Source: an uncultured Eubacteriales bacterium (lineage in GTDB: Bacteria; Bacillota; Clostridia; Lachnospirales; Lachnospiraceae). Taken from it: a stretch of DNA of 64,000 nt. The stretch spans positions 2,724 through 66,723 of the forward strand of contig URMF01000005.1 of NCBI GenBank assembly GCA_900548855.1. Reading direction: 5' to 3'. The notes beneath the pieces were generated by a model. The model was given only the letters and a program-made list of their open reading frames with translations, made no database searches and had not been told where the DNA came from. Shown here one piece after another: positions 1 through 8,633 of this stretch (position 1 is its first letter; every line of letters begins with the position of its first letter). A program made the position numbers and the translations under genes.

Positions 1-480
1 CATCACCCGGGGCACCACAATAACCGGGTGCAGCAATCCCGTTGTAAAGGGCGAAACCGCCAGCTCATTTACGGCAATTACACAATCATGGAGCCGGATT
101 CGTTTGAGCCTTGCTGTCTCCTGCTTAAGCTGCCTCCTTTTCCGAAAAACCACCAGCCCCGATATCACCATCCCGGCTATATAAACACTGGGGAGCCATC
201 TGTAACTGGTGCAAAGCCACTGCCACCAGAACAACAGTCTCATTCCAAGCCTTGTCTCATAAATACATTTCATTTTTCCCATAAAGGGTGCCAGCAGTAA
301 AATACTCCATACTGCCCCTTTCAGAAAAACTGTATTTTTAAGTATTGTTTTCCGCAGACAGCCAATCACTGCCAGCATGGCAATTGAAATAAATACTGCC
401 CTTCCAAGCTGTATTACATAATATGCAAATGTGACATCCAAAAATCCAATCCATCTGACAAGAAAATCCTCTATTATCAT
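1..480 (-). CDS. BlaR1/MecR1-type (M56 peptidase family) membrane signal transducer; only the N-terminal ~160 aa are present because the gene runs off the window start
   Basis: Absent from the ORF track because it has no in-window stop. My translation from the ATG at 478-480 (minus) reads MIIEDFLVRWIGFLDVTFAYYVIQLGRAVFISIAMLAVIGCLRKT...VNELAVSPFTTGLLHPVIVVPRVM. It has several hydrophobic helices and an SPFTxGxxxPxIxxP loop typical of BlaR1-family N-termini. The start lies 23 nt after the BlaI-like stop, behind GGAAGTGGGA. Confidence 0.7.
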   Translation of the reverse strand, partial: MIIEDFLVRWIGFLDVTFAYYVIQLGRAVFISIAMLAVIGCLRKTILKNTVFLKGAVWSILLLAPFMGKMKCIYETRLGMRLLFWWQWLCTSYRWLPSVYIAGMVISGLVVFRKRRQLKQETARLKRIRLHDCVIAVNELAVSPFTTGLLHPVIVVPRVM

Positions 481-503
481 TCGTTCCCACTTCCTTTTTC
501 AGA

Positions 504-890
504 TTATCTGCTCTTTTCAAGAATTGCTTCCAGCTCTTTTATCTGCTCCTCTGTCAAATCACAGTTCTGAATCAACGCTGCCAACGCTCCCAGCCTATTG
601 CCGGAAAAATAGCTTTTTGCAAATCTCCTGCTCTTTTCCTGCAGACATTCTTCTTTTGTCTTTAAGGCAAAATAATGGTATACCCGGGAATCCTTCTTAT
701 CAATTGTATAATCAATAATTTTCTTCTGATACAGGCGGTTAAGTAAAACCCTTACGGTTTTGGGAGACATTTCCCTGACACTCTCTAACTGCTTAATAAT
801 CTCCATGGAAGTAAGGGGATCTCCATTCTCCCATAAGACCTCCATCACCAGCCATTCGGTTTCACTTGGAGTTAAATCCTTATTCGGCAT
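504..890 (-). CDS. BlaI/MecI/CopY-family winged-helix transcriptional repressor
   Basis: 128 aa. The N-terminal wHTH reads EWLVMEVLWENGDPLTSMEIIKQL...SPKTVRVLLNRLYQKKII and the C-terminal half is helical, consistent with dimerisation. There is no CopY-type CxCxxxxCxC tail. A BlaR1-like gene follows directly. Confidence 0.85.
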   Translation of the reverse strand: MPNKDLTPSETEWLVMEVLWENGDPLTSMEIIKQLESVREMSPKTVRVLLNRLYQKKIIDYTIDKKDSRVYHYFALKTKEECLQEKSRRFAKSYFSGNRLGALAALIQNCDLTEEQIKELEAILEKSR

Positions 891-1016
891 ACTGATTTAC
901 CACCTTTCATATTCTTACTCAGTATATCGGATAACAAGCGTAAATCATTAAGGTATTTTTATAAATTTTATCCTTTGTACATTTTGTTTTTATCCTGACA
1001 GCAATATCCTTTCAAG

Positions 1017-2789
1017 CTATCTCCGGCAAAGACATCCCAATGCTTTCCTGCATACACCTACACATCTGCTGCTCCATTTACGTTTCTTTACCCGGAAGAT
1101 TCCCCACATGCCGGATTCCACATCCCATTTCAGGCTTCCTGACCGGTATAGGTAATCTCCCGGGCAGGAGGCTCCGTTTTCCAGCTCCATATCAAATGTA
1201 TTTCCAATACTGATTGCACCCTGTAACGGAATAATTCGGGAAAATGGATTATTCCGCTGTTCCTTCCACATATGACCGTGTATCGCAAACCCTGTATTTC
1301 TCGGCTTATCCGCCGGCATTACCGTACGGAACACCACCCGGTCACCAGCATAGGATTTTAACACTGGTGTAGCTGGATCACCGTGCACCTTACTGCTGAA
1401 AATCCTTGATATCCGGCTGTCATTTTTCAGACGGTTTGCAAAGCGTTCAGACCGGTAATTATACCCCTTTTCACCAGTATCCTCCGCATCCACTGTTCCC
1501 TCTTCTCCCTGCCGTGCAGTCTGGACCAGATTGCCGTCTGCATCTAACAGCCGGATTCCGTTTTGTATAAACAGCACATATTCCCGGAAGGTTTCCATAC
1601 CTGGTGCAGTAATCACAGCCTGTTCTTCATATATCCCCTTTTGCAGGGTAAGATTTTTATACCACAACGCTTCTGGCGGTTCCACAATCAAAGCTCCAAA
1701 TAATCCATGATACCGATGGTTCCGCATATCTCCAAAGGACTGAAGGATACATGCACCATATTCCTTATCTGCATGCCACAGATACCTTTTACTTTCCCCT
1801 GGTCCTACCGTCTGTTCCATATGGTTAAACCCTACATTGATTCCCGAATCCCTTATCGGATCATACTGCAGGAATTGCGAGTTAACAGAAACCCGCATAG
1901 ACGGTTTATGCTCTTTGTCAAGCGGCACTCTCGGATAATCGAAATAAGGCACTGGATGGGTAAACAGATTATGAAGGGTTATCTCAATCCAGTCTCCTGC
2001 ATTTGCCCTGATAATCAGAGGCTTATACCGGTATTTTCCTGACAATGCTTTCTCAACTTCCTCTAACGGAATAAACAATAAGCCGTCTGGATCATGGTCG
2101 CCATGGCAGTTATAACAGATGTCTGCCTGGACTGCTGCTATTTCGTACTTTCTTACCACTGCATCCCTTCCCGGACACGGAGGCAATGGAAGAATCCGGT
2201 TCTTCCCTTTACAAAGCGGTTTTAAACATTTCCTATATTTATCATATACTCTGATGATACCCCAAAGTCCCAGCCATGCATCATCTATTCCACCGTAATA
2301 ATAGAGATAATCTCCCGCCTGGTAATTCTCAGTAATATGGAGATTGAATGCCTCTGAAATCCCAATACTCTGGGATGCGGCATCCGGTGAGTGGCGTTCT
2401 GCAATTTCCTTTTTCCACGACATTCCGGTTATATTAAATGCATGCTGTTCTTCATGTGCTCCATCCAACAGACGGATTATTATTTCGTCACCGGGATAGG
2501 TTTCCAAAACCGGGGTTGCCGGATCGCCATGTACAAAGGAACTGAACATATATGCGGGGTCTTCTCCTGCACAAAGTCTTTCCCGCATCGGCTCCGAGCG
2601 GTAATTGACTCCCATCACTCCCGGATCATCATGGGAACCGGGCACTTCCGGAGGATTTAACGGATTTCCCCATTTATCGAACAGCAGTGCAAAATCATGC
2701 ACAAATAATGCAAATTCACGGTGCGATGTTATTCCATCCATTCGCTGCTCCGTCAGAGACAATCGTATCAAATTTAACAAGGTGTACAT
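1017..2789 (-). CDS. Multicopper-oxidase-like cupredoxin-repeat protein, distal part of a split six-domain locus; possibly a pseudogene fragment or a separately translated subunit
   Basis: 590 aa. It contains cupredoxin-like repeats (GDHDPDGLLFIPLEEV...PLIIRANAGDWIEITLHN...HGLFGALIVEPP; FREYVLF...HGDPATPVLKSYAGD...FAIHGHMWKEQ) paralogous to the upstream ORF. The ATG at 2789 has no Shine-Dalgarno sequence. An alternative ATG at 2741 follows GGAGcagcga. The ORF overlaps the upstream ORF in a different frame. Confidence 0.6.
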   Translation of the reverse strand: MYTLLNLIRLSLTEQRMDGITSHREFALFVHDFALLFDKWGNPLNPPEVPGSHDDPGVMGVNYRSEPMRERLCAGEDPAYMFSSFVHGDPATPVLETYPGDEIIIRLLDGAHEEQHAFNITGMSWKKEIAERHSPDAASQSIGISEAFNLHITENYQAGDYLYYYGGIDDAWLGLWGIIRVYDKYRKCLKPLCKGKNRILPLPPCPGRDAVVRKYEIAAVQADICYNCHGDHDPDGLLFIPLEEVEKALSGKYRYKPLIIRANAGDWIEITLHNLFTHPVPYFDYPRVPLDKEHKPSMRVSVNSQFLQYDPIRDSGINVGFNHMEQTVGPGESKRYLWHADKEYGACILQSFGDMRNHRYHGLFGALIVEPPEALWYKNLTLQKGIYEEQAVITAPGMETFREYVLFIQNGIRLLDADGNLVQTARQGEEGTVDAEDTGEKGYNYRSERFANRLKNDSRISRIFSSKVHGDPATPVLKSYAGDRVVFRTVMPADKPRNTGFAIHGHMWKEQRNNPFSRIIPLQGAISIGNTFDMELENGASCPGDYLYRSGSLKWDVESGMWGIFRVKKRKWSSRCVGVCRKALGCLCRR

Positions 2790-4482
2790 GATGTCCCACG
2801 ATATCTGTTCTGGTTTTTAGCTGAAACGGACTTGCCTCTATAAACTCCGGTAAAAGATTCGTGGTCCGTAGTTCTATGCAGTCTCCCGCGTTGGCACGGA
2901 TTACCAGCGGCTCCACCTGGATTTTCCCCTCTTCTACCTTCTTTATATATGCCTCCAGACCACCCTGCCGTTCTAACTCTTCCTTTCGGACAAAAAACCT
3001 GCCCTGTGGGTCATTCCAGCCATACCGGTTATAAGTTACCTTCGCCTGAACAATTGCAATTTCAAATACCTTAATCTGCCGGCATTCCTTTTCCCTATAA
3101 CAGGTATCCTCACCACAGTCATCTGTATGACAAGGACAGGTATCTGTATAAAGAGCTCCCGGTTCAAAGTTTTTAACAAAATTCGCTTTCTCCAAAGGAG
3201 TAGGCTGCATTACATTTTCCCCATCTGCCCCCTCAATTCCAAGCGGCGGCTGTAACGGTGGCTCTCCAAATTCTCCATTTATAAAATTGGGATACCCAGG
3301 ATGCCATTTATCTTTTACGGGAGGCTTCTCCCTATCCTTCAGCGGCATCAGCCTTGGTATCTTTGTACCATCCGGCAATGTTCCACTCCCATCCTCTAAC
3401 CGGTCATGAATACGCCATAACGTCCACATTCCTTCATGAAAATGCGGATATAAATGGCAGTGGAAAATGGCATCACCAATCATGCCGTTAAGACTTCCTG
3501 CACCGTGCAGAATATCCAGCGTATAACATTCCTGTGGGCTGATAGAAATAGAATCCAGAATCGTAGAATTATCATTTTCCCCTTCCAATCTCCATTGATG
3601 ATTGTGAAGATGAAAAACATGGGTTTCTTTCACTCCGCCATGAATCAGACGGATTTTGGATGGGTCTCCTACATAGGCATGCAGAATTGGAGGAGCCGGG
3701 TCTCCATACACCCATGAACTCATGGAAATCTCTTCTCCTGAATCCGCCGGGTCTTCCGTAAGAGGCATCCGATTCCGCATAGGCTCTGCGCGATAGCTGA
3801 TTCCAGTGGTGGAAGACGGCAGACCCGTATGATGATCCATCGGTGGATTACCGTCCTTATCCTTTATCTCCAATTCATCATGAAAAAATACTGCATATTC
3901 CCGAAAAGCCGGTTTCCCCGGCTCATAGATATCTGCAAACAACCCGCTTTTTATTTCTTCTCCGTTTTGAGGGTCATACCATTTTGCCCCTGGGGGTTCC
4001 ACGATAATGGCACCAAACAGCCCATGTATGTTGGTACTTTCCTCACTGCTTGTGCTGTCTGCCATATCCTGAAACAGATATACACCCTCTTTTTCAGCAT
4101 ACCATGTATAAGTAATCGTATTTTTTGTGGTGCTGTCCTGGTTAAATCCCACTTCTGCCCCATCTGAGGTATTCACATCATATCCCAGTCCCTGTACATG
4201 AATCGACAGCCTCCTATTAAGGGAATGATGAAAATGGATTCTCACCTCATCTCCTAAATTAACGCGTATCACTAGTGGCTTTACATCCTCGTAAGGCTGG
4301 GGAATTTCCTGGTTAAATTTCTGAAAGGCACCTTTCTTTATCCTCTCTGCATCCTCCGAAAGAACATATAAAAGTCCATCCGGATCATGATCTCCATACT
4401 GGTTATAGACAATTGGAATCTGAATTGCCTCGATATCAAAGCTACAGACCCTGTTTCTACACGGATAATTACATAATTCCAT
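2716..4482 (-). CDS. Multicopper oxidase (cupredoxin-repeat protein), proximal part of the split locus
   Basis: Canonical copper-ligand motifs are present: THVFHLHNHQW (HxHxH) and FHCHLYPHFHEGMW (HCHxxxHxxxxM). A second repeat unit starts at IKVFEIAIVQAKVTYNRYGWNDPQG. The track start at 4503 is GTG. I prefer the ATG at 4482 (MELCNYPC...), which follows GGGAGGAAAAAG. Confidence 0.8.
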   Translation of the reverse strand: MELCNYPCRNRVCSFDIEAIQIPIVYNQYGDHDPDGLLYVLSEDAERIKKGAFQKFNQEIPQPYEDVKPLVIRVNLGDEVRIHFHHSLNRRLSIHVQGLGYDVNTSDGAEVGFNQDSTTKNTITYTWYAEKEGVYLFQDMADSTSSEESTNIHGLFGAIIVEPPGAKWYDPQNGEEIKSGLFADIYEPGKPAFREYAVFFHDELEIKDKDGNPPMDHHTGLPSSTTGISYRAEPMRNRMPLTEDPADSGEEISMSSWVYGDPAPPILHAYVGDPSKIRLIHGGVKETHVFHLHNHQWRLEGENDNSTILDSISISPQECYTLDILHGAGSLNGMIGDAIFHCHLYPHFHEGMWTLWRIHDRLEDGSGTLPDGTKIPRLMPLKDREKPPVKDKWHPGYPNFINGEFGEPPLQPPLGIEGADGENVMQPTPLEKANFVKNFEPGALYTDTCPCHTDDCGEDTCYREKECRQIKVFEIAIVQAKVTYNRYGWNDPQGRFFVRKEELERQGGLEAYIKKVEEGKIQVEPLVIRANAGDCIELRTTNLLPEFIEASPFQLKTRTDIVGHHVHLVKFDTIVSDGAANGWNNIAP

Positions 4483-5398
4483 CTTTTTCCTCCCGGCATT
4501 CACATTCTGGCATCAATATTCTGAGATAATGATTTGCCTCACGCAATACATGATCTGCCAAAAGGGGAAGGATAAGAGATGAGATTTTACAGTCTGTAAT
4601 TCCTTCTGTTCCTGCCGCCTTAAAGTCCCTGTATTTTATCGTTTCCTCCACTGTCTTTCTTGTCATCTCGTCCATTGTTCCGCAATCTCTTGTTCTTGCC
4701 AATTCCAATAACTCCCTGTAATCCTTGGCAAATTCGTCCGCTGTTAATATCAGCTCCTCCTCCGATGGGTCTAACAAACCTCTTATAAACAACGCATGCT
4801 CCATCATTATCTGATTCCAGAACGCTTCCATTCCCTTCTGACAGACAGAAGACAGCTCACCATTCTCATTTAATTCCCGGATGGTGGAGCAATATAATTT
4901 TGCCTCCCGGATAATATGCTCAATCAGCAGTGGATAATTGGCGGTATATAGCTGACAGGACTTTACAGCATTTAAAATGTCCTGTTTTAAGTCAATAAAC
5001 CCGCATACCAGCTTCAGCGCCTCGTCATTTAACTGGCGTACCCTGCACATAAGCAGGGAATTTTCCTGCCGGAAGCAGCCTGCCCTTAATCTGTGTTCTG
5101 CCTCCGTAATGGAGCCATCAATTGGTATCCCAGTCAGACGACTGGTTTCTCTCTCTGCTTTTCCCGTGTACTGTGTCACAATTTCTCCTGAACATAATAC
5201 TTCCTCATCTAATATACCATTACTGACCGCCACAACCCGGCTTAAAAACTGTTCCCATTTTCTTCTGTACCAGTCTGCCTTATTTTTATAAGCATTTCCA
5301 GGCGGCTGAAATCCAGCCTGCAGAAACAGGGAATGCTCCTTCATAATCCGACCGAAAAACAAATGTGTTTCCAGCGACTTTGTTACAAAATCAGACAT
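4469..5398 (-). CDS. DUF2935-family helical-bundle protein (two repeats)
   Basis: 309 aa with a duplicated signature: FFGRIMKEHSLFLQAGF and FWNQIMMEHALFIRGLLDP. I recall this pattern as DUF2935, whose structural representative I remember being described as a metalloprotein; this is from memory and unverified. Its stop overlaps the oxidase start by 14 nt. Confidence 0.65.
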   Translation of the reverse strand: MSDFVTKSLETHLFFGRIMKEHSLFLQAGFQPPGNAYKNKADWYRRKWEQFLSRVVAVSNGILDEEVLCSGEIVTQYTGKAERETSRLTGIPIDGSITEAEHRLRAGCFRQENSLLMCRVRQLNDEALKLVCGFIDLKQDILNAVKSCQLYTANYPLLIEHIIREAKLYCSTIRELNENGELSSVCQKGMEAFWNQIMMEHALFIRGLLDPSEEELILTADEFAKDYRELLELARTRDCGTMDEMTRKTVEETIKYRDFKAAGTEGITDCKISSLILPLLADHVLREANHYLRILMPECECREEKDGIM

Positions 5399-5440
5399 AA
5401 TAATACCCTTTTATTATACTAAAATTCTATTTTCTCTATA

Positions 5441-6169
5441 TTATATGTCGTGCTGATAATAGCTGTCCCTCATTTTCAGCAAAATCTTCTTTTCCATCCG
5501 GCTGACCTGTACCTGGGATATCCCTACCTCCTTTGCAATTTCCGTCTGGGTTTTATTTTCAAAATACCGCAGCCTAATAATCGTCTGTTCCATATCATTT
5601 AAGCCCTTAAGCAGACCTTCTATCACCATCTGGTTTAACAGACTTTCATTCTCATCCTTTTCAGAGGCAATCTTGTCTATTAGATAAACTGCATTTCCAT
5701 CATTCTGATAAATGGTTTTATGAATGGACTCCACCTCTATATTTACCTCTAAGGAAGCAACTATTTCTTCCACATCAATTTCCAACAGCTCGGAAAGCTC
5801 TTCCAGCTTTGGTTCAATTCCGGTCCGGTTAATAATCTCTTCCCTTGCTTTCTTCACCTTATATGCAGTCTCCTTTAACGTCCTGCTCACTTTTATCATG
5901 CCATCATCCCGTAAAAATCGTTTTATCTCTCCGCTAATCATGGGAACGGCATAGGTAGAAAATTTCACATCATAAGACAAATCAAATTTATCTATACATT
6001 TCATCAGCCCGATACAGCCTATCTGGTACAGGTCATCCAATTCATAACCTCTTCCCATGAATCTTCTTGCCACCGCCCATACTAACCCCAGATTCTCTGT
6101 CACAAGCTGCTCTTTTGCGTCCTGGTTTCCCTCTTTTGCAAGCTTTAATAATTCTAAAGTCTTGTCCAT
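5441..6169 (-). CDS. sigF: Sporulation sigma factor sigma-F (SpoIIAC)
   Basis: 242 aa group-3 sigma factor. Region 2 reads DLYQIGCIGLMKCIDKFD...STYAVPMISGEIKRFLRD and region 4 reads QTEIAKEVGISQVQVSRMEKKIL. It lies immediately downstream of spoIIAA-spoIIAB. Confidence 0.9.
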   Translation of the reverse strand: MDKTLELLKLAKEGNQDAKEQLVTENLGLVWAVARRFMGRGYELDDLYQIGCIGLMKCIDKFDLSYDVKFSTYAVPMISGEIKRFLRDDGMIKVSRTLKETAYKVKKAREEIINRTGIEPKLEELSELLEIDVEEIVASLEVNIEVESIHKTIYQNDGNAVYLIDKIASEKDENESLLNQMVIEGLLKGLNDMEQTIIRLRYFENKTQTEIAKEVGISQVQVSRMEKKILLKMRDSYYQHDI

Positions 6170-6180
6170 GACGCCTCCTG

Positions 6181-6711
6181 CTATTTTATTTCATTCCCTG
6201 AATTTCCTTCCTGCTTTCCGTTTTCCTGATGCTCCCCTTTTGCTTTCACTTCCCACTTATCCGGCTCCTGTGCAATCACTTTCCGCATGGTTACCACTGT
6301 CCCCTTGCCAACCGTAGATTCCACAAACAATTCATCCATAAATGCTTCCATAAATGCAAAGCCCATACCGGAACGCTCCAATTCCGGCTTTGAGGTGTAC
6401 ATCGGTTCCATGGCTTTTTCAATATCCGCAATTCCCACGCCATAATCTGTTACGATGACTGTAACCGTATCCTCTACAATCCGTGTTTCAATCCGTATTC
6501 TTCCGTCCTTGTTTTCATATCCGTGAATGATGGAATTGGTAACTGCCTCTGATACCGCCGTTTTAACATCCGCAATTTCCTCCAGTGTAGGATTCAGCCT
6601 TGATACAAATGCTGCCACCACCACTCTGGCAAAGCTTTCATTTTTTGAAATACTGTCGAACTCTACTACCATCTGATTGTTAAAATGTTCCATATTATTT
6701 CCCCTTTTCAT
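6181..6711 (-). CDS. spoIIAB: Anti-sigma-F factor / serine kinase SpoIIAB
   Basis: GHKL kinase motifs are present: ESFARVVVAAFVSRL, EAVTNSIIHGY, DYGVGI and PELERSGMGFAFME. The likely start is the ATG at 6693 (MEHFNNQ..., after AAGGGGA). The protein carries a ~30 aa charged C-terminal tail (EPDKWEVKAKGEHQENGKQEGNSGNEIK) that is absent from the B. subtilis protein as I remember it. Confidence 0.9.
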   Translation of the reverse strand: MKRGNNMEHFNNQMVVEFDSISKNESFARVVVAAFVSRLNPTLEEIADVKTAVSEAVTNSIIHGYENKDGRIRIETRIVEDTVTVIVTDYGVGIADIEKAMEPMYTSKPELERSGMGFAFMEAFMDELFVESTVGKGTVVTMRKVIAQEPDKWEVKAKGEHQENGKQEGNSGNEIK

Positions 6712-6787
6712 TTTAATACGTTATCCTCTTTTTCTTTATTATTTTTTAACCTCAGTTAATTTTCTTACAGTTCACAATTCTATCTCT

Positions 6788-7156
6788 CTATGCCTCTCTC
6801 CCACTATACTTTTTCTCAATATCCAAAAGAGCCTCCCTAACATCCTTCCGCCGCTTTGCAACTCTGTATAATCCGGATATTTCCAGGATTCTTGAAATCT
6901 TATCATTAATTCCAACAATATAGATATCTCCATTGAGATACCGTACCTCACGATATCTTCCCATTACAAGTCCAATACCTGAGCTGTCCATAAAATACGT
7001 ATTTTCATAGTCAAAAATCACATTTCTTATTTTTTTACAAGTAAAATAAGAATCTGTTTTCTCCCGTATAATTCCTGCCGTATGGTGGTCCAGCTCCTCC
7101 GGAAGTTCAATAATCAGTGTTTCACCTTTTACTTCAAATAAGTTGTCCTGTTTCAT
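6788..7156 (-). CDS. spoIIAA: Anti-sigma-F antagonist SpoIIAA (STAS domain)
   Basis: 122 aa STAS domain with the phospho-serine motif FMDSSGIGLVMGRY. It is the first gene of the spoIIA operon. Confidence 0.9.
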   Translation of the reverse strand: MKQDNLFEVKGETLIIELPEELDHHTAGIIREKTDSYFTCKKIRNVIFDYENTYFMDSSGIGLVMGRYREVRYLNGDIYIVGINDKISRILEISGLYRVAKRRKDVREALLDIEKKYSGREA

Positions 7157-7183
7157 AATCGTCCCTTCACCTTCCTAAAAACT

Positions 7184-7227
7184 AAAAGAAAGACAACAGT
7201 TCAATATAAAACTGTTGTCTTTTCTTT
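7184..7227 (-). terminator. Rho-independent terminator candidate after the zinc-ribbon/TPR gene
   Basis: agacaacagtt / aactgttgtct forms an 11 bp perfect stem, extendable with one bulge, around an 8 nt loop. On the minus strand it is followed by CTTTTAGTTTTT. Confidence 0.5.
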
Positions 7228-7250
7228 CGTACTTTGCTTATGTTTTCCTT
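7224..7250 (-). promoter_or_regulatory. Candidate sigma-H-type promoter for spoIIAA
   Basis: The minus strand reads cAAGGAAAAcataagcaaagtaCGAAAG. This resembles the sigma-H -35 AGGAwww and the -10 GAAT-like box known for spoIIA promoters. The match is imperfect and judged by eye only. Confidence 0.2.
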
Positions 7251-7304
7251 GGCACCTTATTTGTCGGTATACACCAATACAATTTTAACTGTAGTTAAAT
7301 TTAT

Positions 7305-8630
7305 CTACTCCGAAAGATACTCTGTTATTTCTTCTATATGACTACTTTCGGGATAGTTTTCTTTCAGACTCATAAATGCAGCCTTTGCCTTTTCTTCATC
7401 CTGATTGCCGATATATGCTTTCCCCAGGTTATAATATGCCTCTTCTCCCTCCTGAATCTGAAGTGCAACATTACACATATTGATTGCCTTCTCATACTGA
7501 TTCTCAGTTATGGCTTTTGCTGCCTCAGAGCACAGAGTCTCATATGCAGTATTGGGAATATTGTCTTTGATAACCTGGAATGACTCCTTGGAATCCTTTT
7601 CTTCATCCTTTTTCTTAGATTTTTCCTCATCCTTTGCTGCAAGCTGTTTTTCCAAAGCTTCCACTTGCTTCTCTAAATCAGATATCGTAACATTTTTATT
7701 GGAAATTTCCTCACTATAGGATAACTGAAGCTCTCTGTTCTCCTGATTTGCTGAACTCAATTTGGTAGGTAAAATCAACAGCCAGAATGCCAGGATTCCC
7801 AAAATCAATCCCACCGATACATATATCAGATTAAACTTGTTATGATTGATTTCCTTGTATGAGCCCACCGATAAATCCGGGTCATCAATCTCCTCCAACC
7901 CCTTTTCAACAAAGGTTTCCAGGTCTGATTTGTACTGGTCTTCGTCAGTGTAAGCAGAATCAACATCAATACGCACGCTGCTCTCTTTCATGGCAATCAC
8001 ATCACGGGGTGCCATACCCATTTCTGCAAGATATTTCACTGCAAGGGTGTTGTTTTTATCAATACGCAGTACCCGTTTGATGGCTTTTTTGGCTTTATCC
8101 GGATTCCCACTATCCATATAGAGTAATGCCAGCAGTAAATAACCCTTGACAAAATGCGGGTAACCGGCAAGTATTCTTTTCAGCTGAATAAACGCCAAAT
8201 CCTTTGTTCCCTGCTTTGCATGTATCAATGCCTGGTTAAACTGCTTTGCAAGCTGATTTGCCTCCTCCAGCTTCAACGGGTCGGACTGCAGCTCTTTGAT
8301 ATATTTGCCCGCTATATTATCCTCTCCCGCATCATAACTGCTGCTTATTACCCACTGGGTTAAGCCCAGCACAATTTCACCCATTTCATAGTAAATTAGT
8401 CCTAATAAATTACGGGCGTTAATGTTCTGTTTATTATATTTCAACGCCAAATTCAATGCATCGATTGCACCTGTTAAATCTCTGACACTCGCTCTGTCCA
8501 AACCTAAATTATAATAATAATTAGATGTATTATAAGCCTTTGCCAACAGCTTATAATTCATTCCACAGTCGCTGCAGTGTCCGTTCTCTAATACAGGTGC
8601 TCCACAATTCAAACACTCCATACTCTTCAC
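7305..8630 (-). CDS. Zinc-ribbon / TPR-repeat membrane protein of unknown function
   Basis: 441 aa. It has an N-terminal CxxC...CxxC (CLNCGAPVLENGHCSDCG) and TPR-like repeats. One TM helix (LIYVSVGLILGILAFWLLILP) is followed by a coiled coil and then further TPR-like repeats. Confidence 0.6.
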   Translation of the reverse strand: MKSMECLNCGAPVLENGHCSDCGMNYKLLAKAYNTSNYYYNLGLDRASVRDLTGAIDALNLALKYNKQNINARNLLGLIYYEMGEIVLGLTQWVISSSYDAGEDNIAGKYIKELQSDPLKLEEANQLAKQFNQALIHAKQGTKDLAFIQLKRILAGYPHFVKGYLLLALLYMDSGNPDKAKKAIKRVLRIDKNNTLAVKYLAEMGMAPRDVIAMKESSVRIDVDSAYTDEDQYKSDLETFVEKGLEEIDDPDLSVGSYKEINHNKFNLIYVSVGLILGILAFWLLILPTKLSSANQENRELQLSYSEEISNKNVTISDLEKQVEALEKQLAAKDEEKSKKKDEEKDSKESFQVIKDNIPNTAYETLCSEAAKAITENQYEKAINMCNVALQIQEGEEAYYNLGKAYIGNQDEEKAKAAFMSLKENYPESSHIEEITEYLSE

Positions 8631-8633
8631 CGC

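Noticed and set aside
891-1016. TGTACA palindrome (about 978-983) upstream of the BlaI-like gene, considered as a BlaI/CopY TACAnnTGTA operator.
   Set aside because: Only a single 6 bp palindrome is present, not the extended dyad of known operators. That is too short to call.
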